Assembly: GCA_963693365.1 (NCBI GenBank)
Contig: CAVNZM010000024.1
Location: 4,937-68,936, forward strand
From: Amoebidium appalachense
Taxonomy: Eukaryota; Protista; Ichthyosporea
Direction of reading: 5' to 3'
Length of the DNA stretch: 64,000 nt
In this document: positions 63,612 to 64,000 of the stretch, in pieces
How the letters are laid out: every line of letters starts with the position of its first letter
Numbering within the stretch: the stretch's first letter is position 1
Notes under the pieces: model-generated
Told to the model about the DNA's origin: nothing
The model's input: only the letters and a program-made list of their open reading frames with translations
Databases searched by the model: none
Position numbers and translations under genes: made by a program

Positions 63612-64000
63612 ATGGCTTTTGAGCAGGACCTGAAGCTATTTGTCAATCGGCTGTCGCTGCTTGTATCCAACATGACGTTCGACTCGAACGGCGCCGGGAG
63701 GGTGGCAAGCCGGCCGCTACAGCTCCACGCAAGACTCGGCAAGGGCGACACGATGCTGTCGGACACGATGCTGCCGCTGCAGTCGGTGGAAACGTCGAAC
63801 AGGACTGGACTCAACCACCTGGTGTTTTCGACGTGTCCACTGGAGGGGGCCGGGGATGCGGTGACCATCGACCTGGATTGGGGCAAGTCGTTTCGGCTGA
63901 CCTGGGAGCGCTGGGACACCACGCTGTCGCTGCTGCCACCGAGGGATCCGACGGAGGAGGAGGGCATGAGCGAGGGACGAGCTGTCCCCATGGAGGCAAA
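63612..64000 (+). CDS. Hypothetical protein, truncated by the window end
   Basis: GGTATAAAAG at 63551, ACCATGG start, frame open to the end (MAFEQDLKLFVNRL...). Confidence 0.55.
   Translation, partial: MAFEQDLKLFVNRLSLLVSNMTFDSNGAGRVASRPLQLHARLGKGDTMLSDTMLPLQSVETSNRTGLNHLVFSTCPLEGAGDAVTIDLDWGKSFRLTWERWDTTLSLLPPRDPTEEEGMSEGRAVPMEA

Larger units (their letters stand above)
5691..64000. mobile_element. Endogenous viral element: PLV module plus giant-virus-like genes; right end not in window
   Basis: GC jump, dense ORFs, capsid/penton/ATPase/integrase plus PCNA, YqaJ and SF3 helicases. Confidence 0.85.

Noticed and set aside
63200-63991. 263-aa minus-strand ORF
   Set aside because: Its 5' half is antisense to the TATA-preceded plus ORF at 63612; the remainder looks like a degenerate duplicated fragment
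5691-64000. Bacterial prophage interpretation (Dam, Fic, IS630, YqaJ)
   Set aside because: Kozak-like starts, TATA/CCAAT/AATAAA signals, PCNA, BTB, C2H2 and a PLV capsid indicate a eukaryotic virus

Overview
Bases 1-~5690 are AT-rich, repeat-laden, apparently non-coding eukaryotic host-like DNA. From ~5691 to the window end (>58 kb) the sequence is GC-rich, gene-dense, apparently intronless DNA that reads as an endogenous dsDNA virus. Its left part (~5.7-26.8 kb) is a Polinton-like virus (PLV) module: double jelly-roll major capsid, penton, A32-type packaging ATPase, fibre-like proteins, Polinton-type rve integrase, Dam-like methylase, a minimal VLTF3-like protein and an SSB-like protein. The right part (~27-64 kb) carries genes typical of giant viruses (Nucleocytoviricota): PCNA, a P11-like minor capsid protein, DUF5760, YqaJ recombinase, D5-type SF3 helicases and Zn-ribbon/PD-(D/E)XK nucleases. 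It also holds a very large IS630/Tc1-like DDE protein, three lectin-domain paralogues, a trypsin-like protease, Fic, patatin, BTB and C2H2 proteins. No protein-primed PolB or adenain-like protease is visible. Notable non-coding structure includes an inverted pair of ~225-bp palindrome arrays (32.4 and 54.4 kb), four GC-hairpin repeats (54-58 kb), and two distinct promoter-like motif classes. Many genes are split by 1-nt indels in G/C homopolymers, possibly sequencing error. All protein calls come from motif recognition by eye; no database searches were run.
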